Origin: Cellulomonas sp.
GTDB taxonomy: Bacteria; Actinomycetota; Actinomycetes; Actinomycetales; Cellulomonadaceae
Assembly (NCBI GenBank): GCA_031178805.1
Contig: JAPSIJ010000001.1
Span: 1 to 40,349, forward strand
Direction of reading: 5' to 3'
DNA: 40,349 bases
Positions 19,771 through 29,120 of this stretch are shown piece by piece (the stretch's first letter is position 1; the number at the start of each line of letters is the position of its first letter). A program made the position numbers and the translations under genes. The notes under the pieces were generated by a model. It searched no databases. It saw nothing but the letters and a program-made list of their open reading frames with translations, and was not told the DNA's origin.

Positions 19771-20550
19771 TCAGGCGCCCGTCGGGTGCAGCACGCGCTG
19801 CAGGAACGCCTGCGTGCGCTCCTCGCGCGGCGCGCCGATCACCTGGTCCGCCGGGCCGTCCTCGACCACGACGCCGCCGTCCATGAACACCACCCGGTCG
19901 CCGACGTCGCGCGCGAACGCCATCTCGTGGGTCACGACGATCATCGTCATCCCGGCGTCCGCGAGGTCGCGCATCACGGCGAGCACGTCGCCGACCAGCT
20001 CGGGGTCGAGGGCCGAGGTCGGCTCGTCGAACAGCATGAGCTGCGGGTCCATCGACAGCGCCCGCGCGATCGCGACCCGCTGCTGCTGGCCGCCGGAGAG
20101 CTGCCCGGGGTGGGCGTCGGCGCGGTCGGCGAGCCCGACCCGCGCCAGGTTGGCGCGGGCGATCCGCTCGGCCTCGTCCCTGGACCGCTTGAGCACCTGC
20201 CGCTGGGCGATGGTGCAGTTGTCCAGCACCGTGCGGTGCGCGAACAGGTTGAACTGCTGGAACACCATGCCGACGTGCGTGCGCACCCGGTCGATGTCGA
20301 CGTCGGGGTCGGTGACCTCGACGCCGAGCACCTCCACGGTGCCGCCGGTCGGCTGCTCCAGCAGGTTCACGCAGCGCAGCAGGGTCGACTTGCCGGACCC
20401 GGACGGGCCGATCACGCAGACCACCTCGCCGGCGTGCACGTCCAGGTCGATGCCGGTGAGCACCTCGCGCTCGCCGAACGCCTTGCGGAGCCCGGCGATG
20501 CGCACCACGGGGCCGGTCGTCGCGGGCGTGGTGGTCGCGGGGGTGGTCAT
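19771..20550 (-). CDS. polar amino acid ABC transporter ATP-binding protein (GlnQ-like)
   Basis: [30 protein letters not shown]; ATGA overlap with permease. Confidence 0.95.
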   Translation of the reverse strand: MTTPATTTPATTGPVVRIAGLRKAFGEREVLTGIDLDVHAGEVVCVIGPSGSGKSTLLRCVNLLEQPTGGTVEVLGVEVTDPDVDIDRVRTHVGMVFQQFNLFAHRTVLDNCTIAQRQVLKRSRDEAERIARANLARVGLADRADAHPGQLSGGQQQRVAIARALSMDPQLMLFDEPTSALDPELVGDVLAVMRDLADAGMTMIVVTHEMAFARDVGDRVVFMDGGVVVEDGPADQVIGAPREERTQAFLQRVLHPTGA

Positions 20551-21395
20551 GAGCGGCTCCTCGCGCCGGTGCGCTTCTCCAGGTACCGGGCCAGCTGGCC
20601 CAGCGGCAGGGTGATCAGCAGGTAGCAGGCGCCGATCAGGAACAGCGGCGTCAGGCCGCCCGCGGCGCTGTTCAGGGCGTCCCGGCCGATCTTGGTCAGG
20701 TCGTACTGGCTCACCGCCAGGCCGAGCAGGAACACCAGCGAGGTGTCCTTGGTCAGCAGGATGAACTCGTTCGTCATCGGCGGCAGCACGATCCGGAACG
20801 CCTGCGGGACCACGACGGTCCGCAGCGTCCGGCCGTGCGACATGCCCAGGGAGCGCGCCGCCTCGACCTGCCCGCGCGGCACCGCCTGGATGCCGGCGCG
20901 CAGGGTCTCGGCGATGTACGCCGCGGACACCAGGCCGAGCGCGAGCGCGGCCTTGGTGGTGACGGAGCCGATGTTCACGCCGAACGCGATCGGCACGGCG
21001 TAGCCGAACGAGATCACGACGAGCAGCGCGGGGATGCCGCGGAAGAACTCGATGTAGACGGTGGCGATCCACCGGTACAGCCCGACGGCGGACAGCCGCA
21101 TCAGCGCCAGGACGGTGCCGAGCGACAGGCCCACCGCGAACCCGGCGACCGTGTACGTCAGCGTGTTGCGGAACGCGGTCGGCAGCTGCGGCAGCATGGC
21201 CCGCGCGGCCTCGACGTTGAAGAAGTTGGTGCCGACGTTCTCCCAGTCCACCGCCGCGGCGACGGCGGCGAGGACCAGGACCAGCAGCCCGTACTGCGCG
21301 GCCCGGAACGCCCGGGCCCGCTTGCGGGGGCTCCACCGGCGCCGGGACGCCGGCAGCGTCCCGGGCGCCGGTGCGGTGGTCGAGGTCGCCGCCAC
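20547..21395 (-). CDS. polar amino acid ABC transporter permease
   Basis: [37 protein letters not shown]. Confidence 0.95.
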   Translation of the reverse strand: MAATSTTAPAPGTLPASRRRWSPRKRARAFRAAQYGLLVLVLAAVAAAVDWENVGTNFFNVEAARAMLPQLPTAFRNTLTYTVAGFAVGLSLGTVLALMRLSAVGLYRWIATVYIEFFRGIPALLVVISFGYAVPIAFGVNIGSVTTKAALALGLVSAAYIAETLRAGIQAVPRGQVEAARSLGMSHGRTLRTVVVPQAFRIVLPPMTNEFILLTKDTSLVFLLGLAVSQYDLTKIGRDALNSAAGGLTPLFLIGACYLLITLPLGQLARYLEKRTGARSRS

Positions 21396-21396
21396 G

Positions 21397-22218
21397 TCAG
21401 CCGTCCGACGGGCTGGGCTCGGCGGTCGACGAGGCCGGCGCGGTGCCGATGTGCCGGGTGTAGATGTCGTCGTACGTGCCGTCCTCGCGGATCCGCTCCA
21501 GGGTGCCGTTCACGGCGTCGAGCAGGGCGGTGTTGCCCTTCTTCACGCCGAGGCCGTACTGCTCGCCGGTGGAGAAGTTCGCGCCGATCTCGAAGCCCTC
21601 GGAGACGAACGGGCCGAGCACGGCGATGTCGTTCACCGCGGCGTCGATCTGGCCGGTCTTCAGCGCCTGGATCTGCAGGCCGAGGTCCTCGAACTGGACC
21701 GTCTCGAGGCCGTTCTCGGTGGCCCAGGTCTCGCCGGTGGTGGCCTGCTGCACGCCGACCGTCCTGCCCTCCAGCGACTCGACGCTGTCGAGGTCCGAGC
21801 CCTCCGGGACCAGCAGGCCCTGGTCGGCGTCGAAGTACGGGTCGGAGAAGTCGATCTTCGCCTGCCGCTCCTCGGTGATGGTGATGCCGGAGGCGACGAC
21901 GTCGCAGTTGTCCGTGTTCAGGTCCGCGCCGGACTGGATGCCCTCGAACGGCGTGACCTTGGTGACCAGCTCGACGCCCAGGTCGTCGGCGACCTCGCGC
22001 ACGATGTCGATGTCGAGGCCGACGACCTCGCCGTCCTCCTCGTACTCGAACGGCTCGTAGGGCGGGTTGGTGCAGACGGTGAGCGAGCCGGCGGTGACCA
22101 GCTCGACGCCGCCCTCGGAGGCCTCGCCGGAGGCGGCGTCGTCGCCACCGCCGCACGCGGCCAGCAGGAGGGTCGCCGCGACGGCGGCGGGGAGGACGGC
22201 GAGGTGACGCGTGCGCAT
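21397..22218 (-). CDS. polar amino acid ABC transporter substrate-binding lipoprotein
   Basis: Lipobox LAAC, PYEPFE, GITITEER, FSDPY; RBS GAGGAG before ATG 22218. Confidence 0.93.
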   Translation of the reverse strand: MRTRHLAVLPAAVAATLLLAACGGGDDAASGEASEGGVELVTAGSLTVCTNPPYEPFEYEEDGEVVGLDIDIVREVADDLGVELVTKVTPFEGIQSGADLNTDNCDVVASGITITEERQAKIDFSDPYFDADQGLLVPEGSDLDSVESLEGRTVGVQQATTGETWATENGLETVQFEDLGLQIQALKTGQIDAAVNDIAVLGPFVSEGFEIGANFSTGEQYGLGVKKGNTALLDAVNGTLERIREDGTYDDIYTRHIGTAPASSTAEPSPSDG

Positions 22219-22244
22219 GGGGGAACTCCTCGTGGGGGACACCG

Positions 22245-22282
22245 ACCGCAAAACTATACGTGGCTGACGATACGTATGCATA
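22245..22282 (-). promoter_or_regulatory. candidate tandem ARG boxes overlapping the -10 element
   Basis: AT-rich patch: TATGCATACGTATCGTCA-GC-CACGTATAGTTTTGCGGT, 20-nt period; TATAGT -10 at 22258-22253. Confidence 0.5.
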
Positions 22283-22358
22283 ACTCGCCAGCGAGGCTCC
22301 CACCCAGGGTCGCACGCCGCGGCGCACCCCCGGGCGTCCGGGGGCGCGCCGGGCGGGG

Positions 22359-25067
22359 TCAGGCCGTCGGCTTCTGCTTCGGCTCCGGCGGCAGCAGCTC
22401 GGCGTCGCGGGCGACCACGGCGGCGTCCGGCGCGTCCGGGACCTCGACCACGTCGAGCTCGCCGGTGGCCCGGCCCGCCGCGCGGACGTCGCCCAGCGCC
22501 ACGCGGACGCCCGGCAGCAGCGCCGCCGGGACCTCCAGGCGCGCGGACAGGATCTCGGTGCGCATCGAGACCTTCGCCTCGGACTTCACCTTGCGCAGGG
22601 CGGCCAGCGCGGCGCCCGCGGCCGCGACGACCGACGGGTCGCCGTCACCGGCGGCCGCGCGCAGCGGGGCGGCGTCCGGCCACGGCGCGCGGTGCACCGA
22701 GCCCTCGCGCCACCAGGACCAGACCTCCTCGGTCGCGAACGGCAGCACCGGGGCGAACAGCCGCAGCAGCACGTCGAGCGCGAGGCCGAGCGCGGCGCGG
22801 GCCGAGGCGGTCTCCGGGGTGACGTCGGCGTCCGCGGCGCCCGAGCCGTACGCGCGGTCCTTGACCAGCTCGAGGTAGTCGTCGCAGAACGTCCAGAAGA
22901 ACGTCTCCGTGAGCTCCAGCGCGCGGGTGTGGTCGTACGCCTCCAGCGCGGCGGTGGCGCGGTCCACGACGTCGGCCAGGCCGGCGAGCATGGCGCGGTC
23001 CAGCGCGTCGGTGACCAGCGCCGGGTCGAGCGCCGAGGCGCCCTGCTCCGCGGAGCCGAACGACAGCGCGAACTTGCTCGCGTTCAGCACCTTGATCGCC
23101 AGGCGGCGGCCGATCTTCATCTGGCCGACCTCGAACGCGGCGTCCGTGCCCAGGCGGGCCGAGGCCGCCCAGTACCGGACCGCGTCCGAGCCGTGCTCCT
23201 CGAGCAGGCCCATCGGCGTGACGACGTTGCCCTTGGACTTCGACATCTTCTTGCGGTCGGGGTCCAGGATCCAGCCGGAGATCGCCGCGTCCCGCCACGG
23301 CAGGCTGCCGTGCTCCAGGTGCGAGCGGACCACCGTCGAGAACAGCCAGGTCCGGATGATGTCCTGGCCCTGCGGGCGCAGGTCCATCGGGAACACCCGC
23401 GCGAACAGGTCCGGGTCCGAGCGCCAGCCGCCGGCGATCTGCGGCGACAGCGACGACGTCGCCCAGGTGTCCATGATGTCGGGGTCGCCGACGAAGCCGC
23501 CGGGCACGCCGCGCTGGTCGGCGGTGTAGCCGGCCGGCACGTCGGAGGACGGGTCGACGGGCAGCTGGTCCTCGGTCGGCAGGATCGGGTGATCGTGGTC
23601 CACCTCGCCGGCCGCGTCCACCGGGTACCAGACCGGGAACGGCACGCCGAAGAACCGCTGCCGCGACACCAGCCAGTCGCCGTTCAGGCCGCCGACCCAG
23701 TTCTCGTACCGCACCCGCATGAAGTCGGGGTGGAAGCCGAGCTCGGTGCCGCGGGCCAGCAGCGCGGCGCGCAGGTCCTCGTCGCGGCCGCCGTTGCGGA
23801 TGTACCACTGCCGGCTGGTGACGATCTCCAGCGGCTTGTCGCCCTTCTCGAAGAAGTTCGCCATCCGCTTGGTCGCCTGCGGCTCGCCGTCCAGGTCGCC
23901 CGACTCGCGCAGCCCCGCCACGACGGCCTCGCGCGCCGAGAACGTGGTCCTGCCCGCCAGCTCGGCGTAGACCGCGCGGCCCCCGTCGGTGGTCAGCCAC
24001 TCCGGGACCTCGCGCAGCAGGCGGCCGTCGCGGCCGATCACCGAGCGGGTCGGCAGCTGCAGCTCGCGCCACCACTGCACGTCGGTCAGGTCGCCGAAGG
24101 TGCAGCACATCGCGATGCCGGCGCCCTTGTCCGGCTCGGCGGCCGGGTGCGCGAGCACCGGGACCTCCACGCCGAACAGCGGGCTGGTGACCGTGGTGCC
24201 GAACAGGTCCTGGTAGCGCTCGTCGTCCGGGTGCGCGATCAGCGCGACGCAGGCGGGCAGCAGCTCGGGGCGGGTGGTCTCGATGTGCACCGGGGTGCCG
24301 TCCGGGCGGTGGAACGCCACCCGGTGGAACGCGCCGGGGTACTCGCGGGCCTCGAGCTCGGCCTGCGCGACCGCGGTCTGGAACGTGACGTCCCACAGGC
24401 CGGGGGCCTCGGCCTGGTACGCCTCCCCGCGCGCGAGGTTGCGCAGGAACGCCTGCTGCGCGACGGCGCGCGCCTCGGCGGAGATGGTCTGGTAGGTCAT
24501 CGCCCAGTCGACGGACAGGCCGAGCCGGCGCCACAGCGCCTCGAACTGCTGCTCGTCCTCGACGGTCAGCCGCTCGCACAGCTCGACGAAGTTGCGGCGG
24601 CTGATCGGCACCTGGTCCGCGGCCTTGACGCTCTTGCCCTCGCCGCCCACGTGCGGGGGCGTGAAGTCCGGGTCGTACGGCAGCGACGGGTCGCAGCGCA
24701 CGCCGAAGTAGTTCTGCACCCGGCGCTCGGTCGGCAGGCCGTTGTCGTCCCAGCCCATCGGGTAGAACACCTCGGCGCCGCGCATCCGGCGGAACCGGGC
24801 GACCACGTCGGTGTGCGTGTACGAGAACACGTGCCCGACGTGCAGCGAGCCGGAGACGGTGGGCGGCGGGGTGTCGATCGAGTACACCTGCTCGCGGCTC
24901 TTCGTCCGGTCGAACGTGTACGTGCCCCGCTCCGTCCAGGCCGAGTCCCAGCGGCCCTCGACGCCGTCGAGCGACACCTTGTCCGGTACCTCGCGTACCG
25001 CGCGGACGGCGGGCACGGAGGCCGTCGTGGGGGCAGCGGGCGTCGAGGCAGAGGACAGGTCGGTCAT
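22359..25067 (-). CDS. valS: valine--tRNA ligase
   Basis: IDTPPPTVSGSLHVGH, GWDDNGLPTER, TTRPE, SRQR, KMSKS; RBS GGAGG before ATG 25067. Confidence 0.97.
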   Translation of the reverse strand: MTDLSSASTPAAPTTASVPAVRAVREVPDKVSLDGVEGRWDSAWTERGTYTFDRTKSREQVYSIDTPPPTVSGSLHVGHVFSYTHTDVVARFRRMRGAEVFYPMGWDDNGLPTERRVQNYFGVRCDPSLPYDPDFTPPHVGGEGKSVKAADQVPISRRNFVELCERLTVEDEQQFEALWRRLGLSVDWAMTYQTISAEARAVAQQAFLRNLARGEAYQAEAPGLWDVTFQTAVAQAELEAREYPGAFHRVAFHRPDGTPVHIETTRPELLPACVALIAHPDDERYQDLFGTTVTSPLFGVEVPVLAHPAAEPDKGAGIAMCCTFGDLTDVQWWRELQLPTRSVIGRDGRLLREVPEWLTTDGGRAVYAELAGRTTFSAREAVVAGLRESGDLDGEPQATKRMANFFEKGDKPLEIVTSRQWYIRNGGRDEDLRAALLARGTELGFHPDFMRVRYENWVGGLNGDWLVSRQRFFGVPFPVWYPVDAAGEVDHDHPILPTEDQLPVDPSSDVPAGYTADQRGVPGGFVGDPDIMDTWATSSLSPQIAGGWRSDPDLFARVFPMDLRPQGQDIIRTWLFSTVVRSHLEHGSLPWRDAAISGWILDPDRKKMSKSKGNVVTPMGLLEEHGSDAVRYWAASARLGTDAAFEVGQMKIGRRLAIKVLNASKFALSFGSAEQGASALDPALVTDALDRAMLAGLADVVDRATAALEAYDHTRALELTETFFWTFCDDYLELVKDRAYGSGAADADVTPETASARAALGLALDVLLRLFAPVLPFATEEVWSWWREGSVHRAPWPDAAPLRAAAGDGDPSVVAAAGAALAALRKVKSEAKVSMRTEILSARLEVPAALLPGVRVALGDVRAAGRATGELDVVEVPDAPDAAVVARDAELLPPEPKQKPTA

Positions 25068-25250
25068 GGTCAGACATCCTCCCAGAAAACGCGCGGTGCC
25101 CCGACGCGCGTCCCGCCGCCGGTGACCCGCGGGCGAACGGGAGGCGTCGCGTCGGTGAACCGGCCCGTCCGGGGCGCGCCGGGCGGAGGACCGTGTGCGA
25201 CAGTGCCCGTCGGCCGCCCGACCGGGGCGGCCGACGGGCGGGAGGACCAC

Positions 25251-28200
25251 GTGGGCGAGACCGACGGGCTGCTGCGGGCGGCGCTCGCGCCGGAGCCGCG
25301 GACGCTGCTGGACGTGCTGGCGGCCACGGTCGCGGCGCACGGCGACGCGCCGGCGCTGGACGACGGCAGCACGGTGCTGACCTACGCGGAGCTGGCGGCA
25401 CGGGTCGGGGCGGGTGCCGCGGCGCTCGCCGCCGAGGGCGTCGGCCCGGGATCGCGGGTGGGCGTGCGGGTGCCGTCCGGCACCGCCGAGCTCTACACCG
25501 CGATCCTCGCCGTGCTCGCCGCGGGCGCGGCGTACGTGCCGGTCGACGTGGACGACCCGGACGAGCGGGCGCGGACCGTGTTCACCGAGGCCGCCGTGCA
25601 CCGGGTGATCGCCGAGGGCGACCTGCCCGACCTGGTCGCCCGCGGCCGCCGGCGCCCCGCGCCCGCCGGGCCGGGGCTCGGCGACGACGCCTGGATCATC
25701 TTCACCTCGGGCTCCACCGGCGCGCCCAAGGGCGTCGCGGTCACGCACCGGTCGGCGGCGGCGTTCGTCGACGCCGAGGCGCGGCTGTTCCTCCAGGAGG
25801 CGCCGCTCGGCCCGGGGGACCGGGTGCTCGCCGGGCTGTCCGTGGCGTTCGACGCCAGCTGCGAGGAGATGTGGCTGGCCTGGGCGCACGGCGCCTGCCT
25901 GGTGCCCGCTCCCCGCGCGCTCGTGCGCACCGGGATGGACCTCGGGCCGTGGCTGGTCGCCCAGGGCATCACCGTGATCTCCACCGTCCCGACGCTCGCG
26001 GGCCTGTGGCGCCCCGAGGAGCTCGCCGGGGTCCGGCTGCTGATCTTCGGCGGCGAGGCGTGCCCGCCCGAGCTCGCCGCCCGCCTCGTCACCCCGGCGC
26101 GCGAGGTGTGGAACACCTACGGGCCCACCGAGGCGACCGTGGTGGCGTGCGCGGCCCGGCTCACCGGCGAGGGGCCGGTGCGGATCGGCCTGGCGCTCGA
26201 CGGCTGGGACCTGGCCGTCGTCGGCGAGGACGGCACCCCGGTCCAGGAGGGGCAGACCGGCGAGCTGATCATCGGCGGCGTGGGCCTGGCCCGGTACCTC
26301 GACCCCGAGAAGGACGCCCAGAAGTACGCGCCGGCCCCGGGCCTCGGCTGGGAGCGCGCCTACCGCAGCGGCGACGTCGTGCGGCTGGACCGCGCCGGGC
26401 TGCTGTTCGTCGGCCGCGCGGACGACCAGGTCAAGATCGGCGGCCGGCGGATCGAGCTCGGCGAGGTCGACGCCGCGCTGAGCGGCCTGCCCGGGGTCGC
26501 GGGCGCCGCCGCCGCGGTCCGGCGCACGCCCGCGGGCACCGCCGTGCTGGCCGGCTACCTGGTGGCCGCCGAGGGGGCGGCCGTCGACCTGGCGGACGCC
26601 CGTACCCGGCTGCGGGCCGTGCTGCCCGCCGCCCTGGTGCCGCAGCTCGCCGTGGTGGACGCCCTGCCGACCCGCGGGTCCGGCAAGGTCGACCGCGACG
26701 CGCTGCCCTGGCCGCTGCCCGGCGCGGCACCCGCCGCGGGCGCCGAGGGCGGGACCGCCGACCTGTCGCCCACGGCCGCGTGGGTCGCCGAGCGGTGGAC
26801 CGCCGCGCTGGGCGCCCCGGTCGCGGGGCCGGACGACGACTTCTTCGCCGCGGGCGGCGGCAGCCTCGTCGCCGCGCAGCTGGTGTCCGCGCTGCGCGAG
26901 CGGTTCGGCACCGTGACGGTCGCCGACGTCTACGAGTACCCGCGGCTCGGCGACCTCGCCCGCCGCCTGGACGAGCTCGCGCCCGCGGCGCCGGCCGAGC
27001 ACCGGGAGGTCCGGCCCACCCCGCGGCGGGCGCAGGTCGTGCAGACGCTGCTCGGGGTGCCGCTCGCGGCGCTCGTCGGGCTGCGCTGGCTGACCTGGCT
27101 GCTGGCCGCCGAGCAGCTGCTGGCCGTCACCGGCCTGGTGCCGTGGCTGACCCCCGCGCCGCACGCGTGGTGGTGGCTGGCCGCGGGCTGGCTGCTGCTG
27201 ATCAGCCCGTTCGGCCGGATGGGCACGACGGTGCTGGTCGCGCGGGCGCTGCTGCGGGGCCTGCGGTCCGGGCAGTACCCGCGCGGCGGGTCGGTGCACC
27301 TGCGGCTGTGGTTCGCGGAGAGCTGGGCGGCGGCTGCCGGTGCGGAGAACCTGTCCTGCGCGCCGTGGACCGCCGCGTACGCCCGGGCGCTCGGCGCGAA
27401 GGTTGGCGCGGACGTGGACCTGCACACGCCGCCGCCGGTCACCGGCCTGCTGACCCTCGGCGACCGGTGCGCCGTCGAGCCGGAGGTCGACCTGCGCGGG
27501 CACTGGCTGGACGGCGACGTGCTGCACGTCGGCCGGATCCGGATCGACAAGCGCGCGACCGTCGGCACCCGCAGCACGCTCGCGCCGGGCGTCCGGATCG
27601 GCCAGGGCGCCCAGGTCGCCGCGGGGTCCGCCGTGCTGACCGGCGTCGCGCCCGGCGAGCTGTGGGCCGGCTCGCCCGCGGCGTTCGCCGGCCCGGCGGG
27701 GGAGTCCTGGCCCGGCGGGCGGGCACCGCGCGGCCGGCGCTGGGTGGCCGTCTACGGCGTCACCGCGGCGGTGCTCGCCGCGCTCCCGGTGCTGGCGGCC
27801 ACCTGCGGCCTGCTGGTGGTCGGCGCCGGGCTGCGCGGGGCCGGCTCCTGGTCCGCGGCGTGGGACGACGCCGCGCGCGCGGTCCCGGCCGGGGCGCTGC
27901 TGTCGTTCGCGGTGCTGGCGCTCGCCACGCTCGCCGGGGTGCGGCTGCTCGGCCGGGGCCTGACCCCCGGGCACCACCCGGTGCGCAGCCGCACGGGCTG
28001 GCAGATCTGGGCCACGCAGCGGCTGATGGACGACGCCCGCGGCACCCTCTACCCGCTGTACGCGAGCACCCTCACCCCGTACTGGCTCCGGGCCCTCGGC
28101 GCGCGGATCGGCCGGGACGTCGAGGCGTCCACCGTGCTGATGCTGCCGTCGCTCACCACCGTCGGCGACGGCGCGTTCCTCGCGGACGACACCCTGATCG

Positions 28201-29120
28201 GCTCCTACGAGCTCGGTCGCGGCTGGCTGCGCGTCGAGCCGGCGAAGGTCGGCAAGCGGGCGTTCCTCGGCAACTCCGGGATGATCGCCCCGGGCCGCGC
28301 GGTGCCCAAGCGCGGCCTGGTCGCGGTGCTGTCCGCGACCCCGGAGCGCGCCAAGCCCGGCACCTCGTGGCTGGGGTCGCCGCCCGAGCCGCTGCGCCGG
28401 ACCCCCGGCGAGGGCGACACCAGCCGCACGTTCGACCCGCCGACCCGGCTGCGGGTGGCCCGCGCGCTCGTCGAGGCCTGCCGGCTGCTCGCGGTCGTCG
28501 TGGCGTTCGGCATCGGCGTGGCCGCGCTGCTCACCCTGCAGGCCGTCGCCGAGCGGCACGGGCTCGGCGCCGCGGCGCTGGTCTCGCCGCTCGTCGTGCT
28601 CGGCGCCGCGGCGGTGGCGTGCGGGGTGGCGGTGGTCGCGAAGTGGCTGCTGGTCGGCCGGCTGCGCGCGGGGGAGCACCCGCTGTGGAGCGGGTTCATC
28701 TGGCGCAACGAGCTCGCCGACACGTTCCTGGAGTGCGTCGCAGTGCCGTGGCTCGGGCCCGCCGCCGTCGGCTCCCCGGCGATGAACGTCTGGCTGCGGG
28801 CGCTCGGCGCGCGGATCGGCCGCGGGGTCTGGTGCGAGACCTACTGGCTGCCGGAGGCGGACCTCGTCACCCTCGGGGACGGCGCCACGGTGAACCGCGG
28901 GTGCGTGCTCCAGACGCATCTGTTCCATGATCGGGTGATGAGCATCGACAGCGTGCGCCTGGACCCGGGCGCCGGCATCGGCCCGCACGGCGTGATCCTG
29001 CCCGCCGCGAGCCTCGGCGCGGCCGCCAGCGTCGGCCCGGCGTCCCTCGTGCTGCGCGGGGAGTCCATCCCCGCGGGCAGCCGGTGGACGGGCAACCCGG
29101 TCGCGCCGGTGACCGCGTGA
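25251..29120 (+). CDS. Pls/PosA-family single-module membrane NRPS (epsilon-poly-L-lysine synthetase-like)
   Basis: A domain (FTSGSTGAPKG, FDASCEEMW, NTYGPTE, YRSGD, SGKVDR), T domain FFAAGGGSL, then hydrophobic segments alternating with three acyltransferase-like repeats (ALGAKVG, ALGARIG x2; QTHLFHDRVM); RBS GGAGGA. Confidence 0.93.
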   Translation: MGETDGLLRAALAPEPRTLLDVLAATVAAHGDAPALDDGSTVLTYAELAARVGAGAAALAAEGVGPGSRVGVRVPSGTAELYTAILAVLAAGAAYVPVDVDDPDERARTVFTEAAVHRVIAEGDLPDLVARGRRRPAPAGPGLGDDAWIIFTSGSTGAPKGVAVTHRSAAAFVDAEARLFLQEAPLGPGDRVLAGLSVAFDASCEEMWLAWAHGACLVPAPRALVRTGMDLGPWLVAQGITVISTVPTLAGLWRPEELAGVRLLIFGGEACPPELAARLVTPAREVWNTYGPTEATVVACAARLTGEGPVRIGLALDGWDLAVVGEDGTPVQEGQTGELIIGGVGLARYLDPEKDAQKYAPAPGLGWERAYRSGDVVRLDRAGLLFVGRADDQVKIGGRRIELGEVDAALSGLPGVAGAAAAVRRTPAGTAVLAGYLVAAEGAAVDLADARTRLRAVLPAALVPQLAVVDALPTRGSGKVDRDALPWPLPGAAPAAGAEGGTADLSPTAAWVAERWTAALGAPVAGPDDDFFAAGGGSLVAAQLVSALRERFGTVTVADVYEYPRLGDLARRLDELAPAAPAEHREVRPTPRRAQVVQTLLGVPLAALVGLRWLTWLLAAEQLLAVTGLVPWLTPAPHAWWWLAAGWLLLISPFGRMGTTVLVARALLRGLRSGQYPRGGSVHLRLWFAESWAAAAGAENLSCAPWTAAYARALGAKVGADVDLHTPPPVTGLLTLGDRCAVEPEVDLRGHWLDGDVLHVGRIRIDKRATVGTRSTLAPGVRIGQGAQVAAGSAVLTGVAPGELWAGSPAAFAGPAGESWPGGRAPRGRRWVAVYGVTAAVLAALPVLAATCGLLVVGAGLRGAGSWSAAWDDAARAVPAGALLSFAVLALATLAGVRLLGRGLTPGHHPVRSRTGWQIWATQRLMDDARGTLYPLYASTLTPYWLRALGARIGRDVEASTVLMLPSLTTVGDGAFLADDTLIGSYELGRGWLRVEPAKVGKRAFLGNSGMIAPGRAVPKRGLVAVLSATPERAKPGTSWLGSPPEPLRRTPGEGDTSRTFDPPTRLRVARALVEACRLLAVVVAFGIGVAALLTLQAVAERHGLGAAALVSPLVVLGAAAVACGVAVVAKWLLVGRLRAGEHPLWSGFIWRNELADTFLECVAVPWLGPAAVGSPAMNVWLRALGARIGRGVWCETYWLPEADLVTLGDGATVNRGCVLQTHLFHDRVMSIDSVRLDPGAGIGPHGVILPAASLGAAASVGPASLVLRGESIPAGSRWTGNPVAPVTA

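Noticed and set aside
22359-28988. 2209-aa minus-strand ORF suggesting a giant ValRS fusion, and the 22692 start of the NRPS ORF
   Set aside because: The extensions are stop-free shadow frames antisense to the real NRPS and valS genes; both genes have SD-supported starts at 25067 and 25251
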